From Candidatus Thorarchaeota archaeon (GTDB taxonomy: Archaea; Asgardarchaeota; Thorarchaeia; Thorarchaeales; Thorarchaeaceae), in contig PRDJ01000006.1 of the NCBI GenBank assembly GCA_003345555.1, forward strand, positions 1 through 32,000: a stretch of 32,000 bases of DNA, written 5' to 3'. Both the position numbers and the translations under genes were made by a program. A model generated the notes under the pieces. That model had not been told where the DNA came from and did no database searches. It worked only from the letters and a program-made list of their open reading frames with translations. Below, one piece after another: positions 16,241-25,046 of the stretch; positions within the stretch are counted from its first letter, which is position 1, and every line of letters begins with the position of its first letter.

Positions 16241-17619
16241 ATCAAGTCCTCCTTTCGGACGAATATGCCGCGCTGAAGAATGTCCTTTGGATCAACCGCT
16301 TTCTTAATCGTCTTCAGAAGACGATAGTATCCCGTGTCTCTTTTTTCTAAGAATGGGCGAAGACCATCGCGGCCACCGATACCGTATGGAGCGACGGGCC
16401 CATTCAGGACAATCTCGTTAATCTCATCTGAGATCCTGATGATCTCTTCCCACTCTGCGGGCTCTCTGTAGTTGGTGACCATGAAGGCCAACCAATCTCT
16501 GGGTAACACTTGCCCACCGAATCCTGCTTTCTTATACCCCCTTTTCTCTATGAGCTCCTCACGCCACACGCGATAGAGGAATTTTATGTCGTCGATTCTC
16601 AGGGAGCCTGAGCCGAAGAAATGCCAGACTCCGGCAGTGAAAATATCTGTCAGTCCAGTGAGGATTCGGCCGTAATAGTCATCGGCTGGAGCTCTATCGC
16701 CGAGCGTTCCCCCAAGTTCTTTGATCTTTTCTAGGATGCGCGTCTTCCTGTAGTCGACTATCTCTCTCTCATAACCAAATACATCCATCATTACTAGGAA
16801 AGTCTCCGGCGAATTCGGATCCACCCAGAGGTAGAACCCTTGAAGATACTCGTCACCCACACAGCGGTTGACGAAGTGACCTAGTTCGATAACATCGTCA
16901 AGGGTTTTCATCACTGCAACCATTCTTTCCTTGACATCTGTTGCTGGACGAATCCTTAGGGTGATTTCAGTGCATATGCCCAGAATCCCTTCTGCTCCTA
17001 TGAAGAGACCAGCAAGATCGGGCCCGACACACTGCCGCTTGAACTTCCCGGCTGATGGCCATGCAGCAGACCCTGTTTCCACGATGTCTCCATTAGGCAG
17101 CACCATCTCCAAGGTTATGATGTCTTGATTGCCATGAAACCCGAACTTGGCAGTGCTATGAGGTCCGCCGCCGGCCTTCATCACAGAACCTCCGATTGTC
17201 ATCGCCGGACCGCCAGCCTCACTGCACAGATAGGTCAGTCCCTTCTTTCTGAGCTCTTGGTCCAGTTTCGCCCAAGTGCAGTTGGGCTGGATGGTTGCTG
17301 TCAAATCCCTATCATTGATTTCGAGTATCTGATTCATCAGGCTCATGTCGAGTAGAATTCCCGGCTCCTGAGGGAGATATGCGTCCCAATGTGAGGTTCC
17401 TCCCCCTCGTATATAGACGGGCACATTGTTGTCTGATGCAACTCGAAGAATCCCACGGACTTCCTCACGGCTTTCGGGCATCACAATATGCGTGGCCATC
17501 TTCTGTCTGGCAGGACTCAAATCCCTGCTATATGCCACGATGTCAAAATCTCTGTCCGTGACGCGTTTCGGATCCACCGCCTGTTTGAGCAACTGGGTTA
17601 CTTTCGGAACATCAACCAT
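16237..17619 (-). CDS. FAD-binding oxidoreductase, GlcD/LdhD-like (FAD_binding_4 + FAD-oxidase_C)
   Basis: IRGGGTS, TIGG, LEMVLPNG, GPDLAGLFIGAEGILGICTE, KAVDPKDIL motifs. Confidence 0.88.
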   Translation of the reverse strand: MVDVPKVTQLLKQAVDPKRVTDRDFDIVAYSRDLSPARQKMATHIVMPESREEVRGILRVASDNNVPVYIRGGGTSHWDAYLPQEPGILLDMSLMNQILEINDRDLTATIQPNCTWAKLDQELRKKGLTYLCSEAGGPAMTIGGSVMKAGGGPHSTAKFGFHGNQDIITLEMVLPNGDIVETGSAAWPSAGKFKRQCVGPDLAGLFIGAEGILGICTEITLRIRPATDVKERMVAVMKTLDDVIELGHFVNRCVGDEYLQGFYLWVDPNSPETFLVMMDVFGYEREIVDYRKTRILEKIKELGGTLGDRAPADDYYGRILTGLTDIFTAGVWHFFGSGSLRIDDIKFLYRVWREELIEKRGYKKAGFGGQVLPRDWLAFMVTNYREPAEWEEIIRISDEINEIVLNGPVAPYGIGGRDGLRPFLEKRDTGYYRLLKTIKKAVDPKDILQRGIFVRKEDLI

Positions 17620-17775
17620 CGCATATCGCTCCAGATGAGGCTCTCCATGCTTGGGATAATGCTGGACGACCTTGGAGAGCTTCCTATTATTAAATCCGCG
17701 GGAATAGTCTTGTTAAAGCGTGGGATTGTTTCGCATGCAGCTCTTTTAATAGTGGATTTCCGTGAGGCCTTATTG

Positions 17776-18903
17776 ATGAAGCCTCGAGAGAGATTCTACA
17801 GGATAGTCGAGCATGAGGAGTCAGATAGGGTTCCACTCGACTTCTGGATTACCCCCGCCGCATACGCAAATGTCCGCGACTATCTCAAGATTACAGCCCC
17901 TGAGACTCAAGAATGGGGCATAATGAGTTCTTGGAAGATATCGGAGGAAATGCTGCGTCGGCTCCATTTGGATTTCAGACGGGTCTACATGAAGGAGGCA
18001 TCATCCTTCAAGTCGAAGACCTATCCAGATGGCACAACTGATAGCGAGATGGGCTTCAGGGGCAAATGGTTTGGCCCATATTGGGAGGTCGTGCACTACC
18101 CTTGGGCTGACGCCACAGAGATGAAGCAGATAGAGGAGTATGAATGGCTGGACCCTGACGACCCCTCAAGGATGGAAGGCGTTGTCGAATGGGCTAAGCA
18201 GCTCCACGAGAAGGGCGACTACGCAGTCATCGGAATGGTCGGAGGGCCTTGGGGCGTCTTTGAGATGTGTGCTCATTACATGAGAGGCTTCGACAAGTTC
18301 CTCGTGGACCTAGTCGAGCACACAAAGCTCGCTGAGGTCATGATGGACAAGTGCATGAATCTAGCGTTGGAGATGAATCGTGCCTTCCTCGACGAGGTAG
18401 GTCAGTACATAGATGTTGTGCAGGTGGGCGACGACCTTGGGCACCAGAATGGGCTTATTATGAGTCCGGCCATGTACCGAAGATTGGTGAAGCCTAGGCA
18501 CATGCGGATATACCAAGACATTCACAGGAGAGCACCTAATGTCAAGATTCTCTATCACAGCTGTGGAGCAATAGAGCCGATGATTAACGATCTCATAGAG
18601 GTCGGTGTTGACATCCTAAATCCAATTCAGCCTCTCGCAAAGGGCATGGATTCTGCAGAGCTCAAGAAGAAATATGGCAGCAGGCTTACTTTCCATGGAG
18701 GAATCGATCTTCAGCACACCATGTCGACACAAGGTACAAAGAACGACCTCCGAGCGGAAGTGGATAGAAGACTCAAGGCTCTCGCACCCGGCGGCGGATA
18801 CATACTGGCGCCGGCCCACAATATTCAGGATGACTCTACACCCGAAAAGATAGTGTACCTGTATGATTACGCTGAGAAGAAGGGCAGGTATCCCATATCC
18901 TGA
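17776..18903 (+). CDS. Uroporphyrinogen decarboxylase / MtaA-CmuA methyltransferase family protein
   Basis: DRVPLD, GDDLGHQ..MSP, YHSCG, VDILNPIQP, FHGGID, GGGYILAPAHNI. ATG 17776 with GTGAGG upstream (ORF track start 17488 overlaps another gene). Confidence 0.85.
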   Translation: MKPRERFYRIVEHEESDRVPLDFWITPAAYANVRDYLKITAPETQEWGIMSSWKISEEMLRRLHLDFRRVYMKEASSFKSKTYPDGTTDSEMGFRGKWFGPYWEVVHYPWADATEMKQIEEYEWLDPDDPSRMEGVVEWAKQLHEKGDYAVIGMVGGPWGVFEMCAHYMRGFDKFLVDLVEHTKLAEVMMDKCMNLALEMNRAFLDEVGQYIDVVQVGDDLGHQNGLIMSPAMYRRLVKPRHMRIYQDIHRRAPNVKILYHSCGAIEPMINDLIEVGVDILNPIQPLAKGMDSAELKKKYGSRLTFHGGIDLQHTMSTQGTKNDLRAEVDRRLKALAPGGGYILAPAHNIQDDSTPEKIVYLYDYAEKKGRYPIS

Positions 18904-19036
18904 GTCGTCATGTTCCTGGATCGGAGCAACATTCCCGTTGATGCGTCCACGATGAAGCGACGCTCTACTGTCTATATTTGGAAAGAATGGTAGCAGGCCC
19001 ATCACCTTGGCCTGCAACCTGCGGCAGAGCAGCGGC

Positions 19037-19702
19037 CTATGGGATTGGTTTCTGTTTGTGAAGTTCTTGTGGGTCCTTGCCTTGGTCGAGCATACTTCCC
19101 CACCATTTGTCGGTTGCAACCACACGTTCAGCTGCTGTCAAGACCTCTTCTATTCTGCTCTCCGGAATCACAACAATGCCGTCTCCATCTCCGAAGAGGA
19201 GATCCCCCGGGTGCACTGTAACACCCCCGCACACTGTTGGCTCGCCGATGGATTCGATATCTAGCCGTGCCCGTATGGTTCCCGGATGACGACCCCTGGC
19301 AAAGACTGGGAATCCTATCTTGTCGGTCTCGTCCACGTCTCTGACCGTACCATCCAGAACAGCCCCGCGCAGCCCACGGGATGCACTGATCTTAGTCATT
19401 ATCTGACCCCAACCAGAACAGTCTGTGGCTCCAGCCATCTGGATGACCACCACGTCATCTTTCTTAGCTTCTGTGGCTATCTTCATGAAAGCCTCTAGCT
19501 GAGTCTCGTTGTACGGAATCCTCACGGCGGACTGCACAAGCTTGGCCGGTCTAGCAAAGCCTATGACAGTCCTGTTCTTCGTCACTGGTGCGATTCTGCT
19601 ATCCATGCAGACGTTCCGGAGACCGATTTCGTCCGAGCCATCTGACAACGCGGCCACATACATCTTCTTGCATCGGTCGATAATGCTTGCTCTCTTGCTC
19701 AT
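19037..19702 (-). CDS. RraA-like / HMG-CHA aldolase family protein
   Basis: GWGQIM, GAVLDGTVRD, GFPVFARG, GGVTVHPGDLLFGDGDGIVVIP motifs. Confidence 0.9.
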   Translation of the reverse strand: MSKRASIIDRCKKMYVAALSDGSDEIGLRNVCMDSRIAPVTKNRTVIGFARPAKLVQSAVRIPYNETQLEAFMKIATEAKKDDVVVIQMAGATDCSGWGQIMTKISASRGLRGAVLDGTVRDVDETDKIGFPVFARGRHPGTIRARLDIESIGEPTVCGGVTVHPGDLLFGDGDGIVVIPESRIEEVLTAAERVVATDKWWGSMLDQGKDPQELHKQKPIP

Positions 19703-19736
19703 CGATTGTTATCTCCAAATCAAAACCACACAGTGG

Positions 19737-20207
19737 TTACTTTGAGTACCGATATACGCAGTACTCGTCGCCGCGCATCATGCATTTCGGCAGAGTCATC
19801 TTCACCTTAGGGTCAACTGCTTGGCCAATCCCTTCGTCCATCTTCGTGACCCAATCACAGATATCTTGTCCTGCATGCTCGGCCCTGAATGTCTCTATCC
19901 ACGGGCAGTAAGTGACTTTCATCTCGAGTTCCTTGTCCGTTGCCTTCTGAAGCTCAATTTCAAAGCCAAAGTAGGGATGTGCTCCAACAAAGAACTCCAC
20001 GATTGACTTCAAGTCGCTCTTGCGAAGACCGCCTTGCTTGATTCCGGCCTTCCCGAGTTCGAGGCCATGAAGCCGATTAGCTTCGCCTATGGCAACCAAG
20101 CCCTTCTGACCAACGGCTTTGCGAACTGCTTCCACATACACTGCGTGAGCACTAGCCAGAGTGGCCATACTCGATCTTCGCACATCATCTGCGGTTGGAG
20201 ACGTCAT
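19737..20207 (-). CDS. ATC-hydrolase-like / V4R-fold protein
   Basis: MKVTYCPW...ICD...DEG...CMMRGDEYC Cys pattern. GGTGA SD. Confidence 0.7.
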   Translation of the reverse strand: MTSPTADDVRRSSMATLASAHAVYVEAVRKAVGQKGLVAIGEANRLHGLELGKAGIKQGGLRKSDLKSIVEFFVGAHPYFGFEIELQKATDKELEMKVTYCPWIETFRAEHAGQDICDWVTKMDEGIGQAVDPKVKMTLPKCMMRGDEYCVYRYSK

Positions 20208-20325
20208 AATGCTTCACCATGTGGTTGTCTTTTGCACTATGAGTTCTCGGCTGTCTTAAAACTGCTATGGAATGAATGAGGTACCAGTGGTCGCGGCATA
20301 ACTCGCTGCAGTTATCACAATCGAG

Positions 20326-20335
20326 TATCTTTAAG
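20326..20335 (+). promoter_or_regulatory. Probable TATA box for the aminotransferase-GRE operon
   Basis: TATCTTTAAG about 50 nt upstream of GTG 20384, in a divergent intergenic region. Confidence 0.4.
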
Positions 20336-20383
20336 AGGGCGTTGAAAGCGGGCTCTCACGTCAATTCTAGGTTGGTATGAGCC

Positions 20384-21553
20384 GTGCTCGCAGACAGAAC
20401 CAAGCTGGTACCCGCTTCCGAGATTCGCAAGATGTACAACATGGCCCGGGGCCGGTCGAACATCCTCGACCTAACAGTAGGCCAACCCGACTTTGATACA
20501 CCGGATTTTATTAAGGTCGCAGCCAAGAAGGCCATAGATGATGGCTACACCAAATACACGCACAACGCCGGTCTAATCGAGGTTCGGGAAGCTCTTGCGA
20601 AGAAAGCCAAACGGGAGAATGGAATTGACGCGAATCCCGAGAAGGAAATCATCTGTACTGCCGGTGGCATGGGCTCTCTACTCCTCGCCAATCTTGTCCT
20701 AGTCAATCCGGGCGATGAGGTCATCTATCCCGATCCCGGCTTTGTCAGCCATTACGCTCATATTATGCTCTCAGGCGGAGTTCCGGTGCCTGTTCAGCTC
20801 AAGAGGGAAAACGGCTTCGCTGTACGTGCTGAAGACATTGAGAAGCTCATCACTAGGAAGACCAAGCTGCTTGTCATAAACTACCCTAACAACCCTACTG
20901 GAGGTGTAATCTCCAATTCGGAACTCAAGAAGATAGCAGAGCTGGCAATCGCAAGGAACATCTTCGTGCTTGCTGATGAAGCCTACGAGAAGTTCAGGTA
21001 TGGAGGAGAAAAGCCTCTCAACATAGGTTCTTTGCCCGGGATGAAGGAACGAACTATCACGCTTTTCTCGTTCTCTAAGAGCTACGCCATGACAGGTTGG
21101 AGAATCGGATTCGCAATTGGTCCGGAGGAAATAGTGGCTGCAATGGTAAGAATACAGGAGCACATTCTGTCGATGCCGACAGCGATTTCGCAGAAAGCTG
21201 CTGAGGCCGCAGTAACCGGACCTCAAGATTGCATTAAGATAATGCTCGATACTTTCAGAAAGCGAAGAGACGTCATCACAAAGGGTCTCCAGTCAATCGA
21301 AGGTATCAAGGTCGACCCTCCCGGGGGTGCGTTCTACATCTTCCCGGACGTTTCGGCCTACAAGATGAAATCCTTCGACTTGGCAGTGAAGATTCTTGAT
21401 GACACGGGCGTAGTCTTGGTGCACGGTTCAGGTTTCGGCAGATATGGCGAAGGATACCTGAGACTGTGTTATGCAGTGTCTACTGAGGTAATTCAGGATG
21501 CTCTGGGGCGACTCGACTCTTACTTGCCCAAGCTGCTCAAGAAGAGCAGATGA
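20384..21553 (+). CDS. PLP-dependent aminotransferase class I/II (aspartate aminotransferase-like)
   Basis: VGQPDF, NYPNNPTG, DEAYE, SFSKSYAMTGWRIG (PLP lysine), GAFY, GYLRLCY motifs. Confidence 0.95.
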   Translation: MLADRTKLVPASEIRKMYNMARGRSNILDLTVGQPDFDTPDFIKVAAKKAIDDGYTKYTHNAGLIEVREALAKKAKRENGIDANPEKEIICTAGGMGSLLLANLVLVNPGDEVIYPDPGFVSHYAHIMLSGGVPVPVQLKRENGFAVRAEDIEKLITRKTKLLVINYPNNPTGGVISNSELKKIAELAIARNIFVLADEAYEKFRYGGEKPLNIGSLPGMKERTITLFSFSKSYAMTGWRIGFAIGPEEIVAAMVRIQEHILSMPTAISQKAAEAAVTGPQDCIKIMLDTFRKRRDVITKGLQSIEGIKVDPPGGAFYIFPDVSAYKMKSFDLAVKILDDTGVVLVHGSGFGRYGEGYLRLCYAVSTEVIQDALGRLDSYLPKLLKKSR

Positions 21554-21564
21554 CCACATGATGA

Positions 21565-23949
21565 ATGATATATAGTCTCCACGCGCCTGTCGTTCCTATG
21601 ACCTCCCGCACAATGGCGATGCGAGACCGTATGCTGAACTCCCGCCCGACCATATCCTCAGAAAGAGCTTACCTATTCACACAGTGCCTACGCCGGCACG
21701 AGGGCGAGCCGACGAAGGAGAGGATGGCAAAGGCATTCGCCTATGTCATGGACAATATGACAACCCAGATTCATCCAGAAGAGCTGATAGTTGGCAACAT
21801 GGGTCCAACTCCAAGATCCTGCCAGATTTTTCCCGAATACAGCTGGACTTGGATTGAGAAGGAGTTGGACAGATTCGATAAGAGGCGGACAGAGAAGTTC
21901 GATTTGATGTCCGAAGACAAGGAGAGACTACGAGAGGTTTTCAAGTACTGGCGAGGCAAAAGCACAGCTGAGATTTGCGCTCAAACAATGCCTCAGGAAT
22001 CTCAGCAAGCATCTCAGGCAGGTCTCTTCACCATAGGTGCTCCGGGCACGGGAATAGGCCACGTTATTGTTGATTACAAGAGGGTAATCCAAACAGGTCT
22101 CGAATCCGTTTTGGAACAAGTGGCACGGCAGCGAAGACAGACTCCAAACAATCCTGAGAAGACTTCCTTCTACAATGCCGTTGAGATCGAGATCAATGCT
22201 ATTGACCGGTTTGCTAGAAGATTCAGCGACCTTGCGACAAAGATGGCGAAGGAAGAAAAAGACCCTCAGAGAAGGAACGAACTCCAAGAAATCTCCCGGA
22301 TATGTGGCAGAGTGCCAATGAAGCCAGCATTGAGCTTCCACGAGGCATTGCAGTCTTTCTGGTTCATCCAGCTTCTTGTTCAGACGGAAGGCAACGGCCA
22401 CTCAATCTCCACAGGTCGCTTTGATCAGTACTTGTACCCGTACTACGCTGCTGATGTCAAGTCGGGGAGACTCACGAGAGACCAGGCGCTGGAGCTTCTC
22501 GAAATGCTGTGGTTGAAGTTCTCTTCTTTGATTAAACTTCGAGACGAGTACTATAGCATTGCTTTCGCCGGGTTTCCAATGTTCCAGAACCTGACGATTG
22601 GTGGACAGGACGGACGCGGAAATGACGTATGCAACGAGGTCACCTATCTTGCTCTTGAAGCAACGATGAATATGAGAGTCACTCAACCTACAGTCTCATT
22701 CCGCTGGCACAGAAAGACGCCGAAGAGTGCGAAGCTGAAGGTTGTCGAAGTTGTATCCAGAGGCCTCGGCATGCCCGGTCTGTTCAACGACGAAATCATA
22801 ATCCCAATGATGAAGAAGAAGGGCGTTGAGGCCGAGGAAGCCTTTGACTACTCCATCCTCGGTTGTGTCGAACCAATAGTCGAGGGGAAGGCAGATGTGA
22901 GGCCCAACATCGGTTTCGTCAACTTTGCCAAGGTCCTTGAAATCACTTTGAACAATGGTAAGGATCCGAAGACCGGTGCGAAGGTTGGAGTCGAAACTGG
23001 GGATCCTCGTTCATTCAAGAGTTACGACGAGCTTTGGGCTGCGTATAGAAAGCAGCTCGACAATACCGTTGACCTTCTCACTAAGGCAGACCGCGTTGCC
23101 GCTGAAGTCCACGCAAAGCTCGTGCCTACGTCCTTCATCTCATCCCTCCTCGCAGGATGTGTCGAAACAGGCCGGACAATGCAGGAGGGCGGAGCGAAGT
23201 ACACCGCGGGAGGAATCCAGGGTGTTGGCATTGCGATTGCCACAGATTCGCTATCAGTTCTGAGAAAGCAGGTCTTCGAAACCAAGAAGATGAAGATGGA
23301 GCAAATCCTGAATGCTCTGTCTAAGAACTATGAGGGCTTTGAGGAACTGAGGGGTCGATTCGAAAACGACCCTGACAAGTACGGCAATGACATCGAGCGT
23401 ATCGATTTGATTGCTCGTGATATCGGAAAGGCATTCTGCGAATCCGTGCAGAGCAGGATGACGACCCGCAACGGTCCCTATCATGCGGCGCTGTTTTCTG
23501 TGTCTATGTACATTCCTCAAGGAGAATCCGTGGGCGCTACACCCGATGGTCGACGTGCCGGAGTCATGCTCTCGGATGGAGTCTCACCAGCTCACAGCAG
23601 AGATGTTCACGGTCCAACAGCTGCCATGAAATCCGTAGCCCGGCTGGATCACGGTCTATGCTACAATGGAACCCTTTACAACATGAAGTTTAACCCTCAG
23701 GTTTTCTCATCTGCGGCCAATCGGGACAATTTCATAGGACTAGTCGATGCCTACTTCAAGCTTGGCGGATTGCACGTCCAGTTCAACGTTCTCTCGAGAG
23801 AGACGCTTGAGGATGCAAAGGTTCACCCTCTCCAGCACAGAGACTTGATTGTTAGAGTAGCGGGCTATAGTGCCTACTTCATCGAACTGGATCCGTTTGT
23901 TCAGGACGAGGTGATTGCTCGTACCGAATTCAGCAGTGGCTCAGCCTAG
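21565..23949 (+). CDS. Glycyl radical enzyme, PFL2/diol-dehydratase-like eliminase clade
   Basis: 794 aa. GIGHVIVDY, QTEGNGHSISTGRFDQY, single-Cys GCVEP loop, HVQFNV and C-terminal RVAGYS glycyl-radical motif. Confidence 0.95.
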   Translation: MIYSLHAPVVPMTSRTMAMRDRMLNSRPTISSERAYLFTQCLRRHEGEPTKERMAKAFAYVMDNMTTQIHPEELIVGNMGPTPRSCQIFPEYSWTWIEKELDRFDKRRTEKFDLMSEDKERLREVFKYWRGKSTAEICAQTMPQESQQASQAGLFTIGAPGTGIGHVIVDYKRVIQTGLESVLEQVARQRRQTPNNPEKTSFYNAVEIEINAIDRFARRFSDLATKMAKEEKDPQRRNELQEISRICGRVPMKPALSFHEALQSFWFIQLLVQTEGNGHSISTGRFDQYLYPYYAADVKSGRLTRDQALELLEMLWLKFSSLIKLRDEYYSIAFAGFPMFQNLTIGGQDGRGNDVCNEVTYLALEATMNMRVTQPTVSFRWHRKTPKSAKLKVVEVVSRGLGMPGLFNDEIIIPMMKKKGVEAEEAFDYSILGCVEPIVEGKADVRPNIGFVNFAKVLEITLNNGKDPKTGAKVGVETGDPRSFKSYDELWAAYRKQLDNTVDLLTKADRVAAEVHAKLVPTSFISSLLAGCVETGRTMQEGGAKYTAGGIQGVGIAIATDSLSVLRKQVFETKKMKMEQILNALSKNYEGFEELRGRFENDPDKYGNDIERIDLIARDIGKAFCESVQSRMTTRNGPYHAALFSVSMYIPQGESVGATPDGRRAGVMLSDGVSPAHSRDVHGPTAAMKSVARLDHGLCYNGTLYNMKFNPQVFSSAANRDNFIGLVDAYFKLGGLHVQFNVLSRETLEDAKVHPLQHRDLIVRVAGYSAYFIELDPFVQDEVIARTEFSSGSA

Positions 23950-24041
23950 AGCGGGTGCAGATGAAAGCAACACTTCGACAAGTTTAACATTGACCGATAG
24001 CGTGTCTCTTTCAGTTAAACAAGTCACGCGAGCGTGATTCG

Positions 24042-25034
24042 ATGGGATACGATGTTGTCACTTTCGGAGAGGTGATGTTGAGACTCTCGCCTCCCAACTT
24101 CATGCGCATTGAGCAAGCAAATAGCTTCAATGCCAACGCGGGCGGCGCAGAGATGAATGTCGCGGTTGCCTGTGCGAGAATGGGCTTGAAGACTGCATAT
24201 GTGACGAAGCTGGGGGACAACTCCATTGGTCATTTCATTCGCAACAAAGCAAGAGAGCAGGGGGTCGATACGTCCTACATCCTATGGGACGCAAATAGCC
24301 GCTGTGGGACTTACTTTTTGGAGTTCGGTTCTGCCCCAAGGGCTCAGCGAGTAATCTATGACAGGGAGCAGTCTGCCATTAGCAAGATCAAGCCCGGAGA
24401 AGTTCACTGGGCAGAGATACTGAAGGGCACGAGGCTCTTCCATACCAGCGGAATAACCCCTGCTATCAGTCCTTCCTGTGCAAAGGCAACAGAAGAAGCC
24501 ATGAGAACGGCACGAGAACAGGGCTGTAAGGTGTCCTATGACATCAACTACAGAAGCAAACTCTGGAGTCCTGAGCAGGCTCGGGCATTCACTGAGCCGG
24601 CGTCGAAACTGATTGACATCCTGATTACGACTGAAGAAGACACGAAGGTTGTTTACGGCATAGAAGGCAAAGACTACCAGGACGTAGCAAAGAAGCTTGC
24701 AGAGAAGTTCGGTTTCGAAGTCGTTCTCATAACACTTCGCAAGACTCCACTGGTATGGCTGAACAAGTGGTCTGCCTTTGCCTACTCGAAAGGCAAGATC
24801 TACTCCAGTGCAGAATACGATGTTGAGATTGTCGACAGGCTGGGGGCGGGCGATTCATGCAGTGCCGGTTTTATATACGGGTATCTTGAACTAAAGGACA
24901 TCCAGCAGGCAGTCGACTATGGTGCTGCTTTATCCGCATTGAAGCACTCAGTGCCCGGTGACCTAGCATATGTCTACAAGTCAGAAGTCGAAGCGCTCGC
25001 AAAGGGCGGAAAGGGGCTTCGTGTTCAGAGGTAG
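24042..25034 (+). CDS. kdgK: 2-keto-3-deoxygluconate kinase (PfkB family)
   Basis: TFGEVMLRLSPP, GGAEMNVA, GTYFLE, VIYDR, LFHTSGITPA, SYDINYRSKLW, DRLGAGDS motifs. Confidence 0.9.
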   Translation: MGYDVVTFGEVMLRLSPPNFMRIEQANSFNANAGGAEMNVAVACARMGLKTAYVTKLGDNSIGHFIRNKAREQGVDTSYILWDANSRCGTYFLEFGSAPRAQRVIYDREQSAISKIKPGEVHWAEILKGTRLFHTSGITPAISPSCAKATEEAMRTAREQGCKVSYDINYRSKLWSPEQARAFTEPASKLIDILITTEEDTKVVYGIEGKDYQDVAKKLAEKFGFEVVLITLRKTPLVWLNKWSAFAYSKGKIYSSAEYDVEIVDRLGAGDSCSAGFIYGYLELKDIQQAVDYGAALSALKHSVPGDLAYVYKSEVEALAKGGKGLRVQR

Positions 25035-25046
25035 GCGATATCAATC

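Noticed and set aside
17488-17775. N-terminal extension of the UroD-like ORF
   Set aside because: It overlaps the divergent FAD gene and the promoter. An SD-anchored ATG is at 17776.
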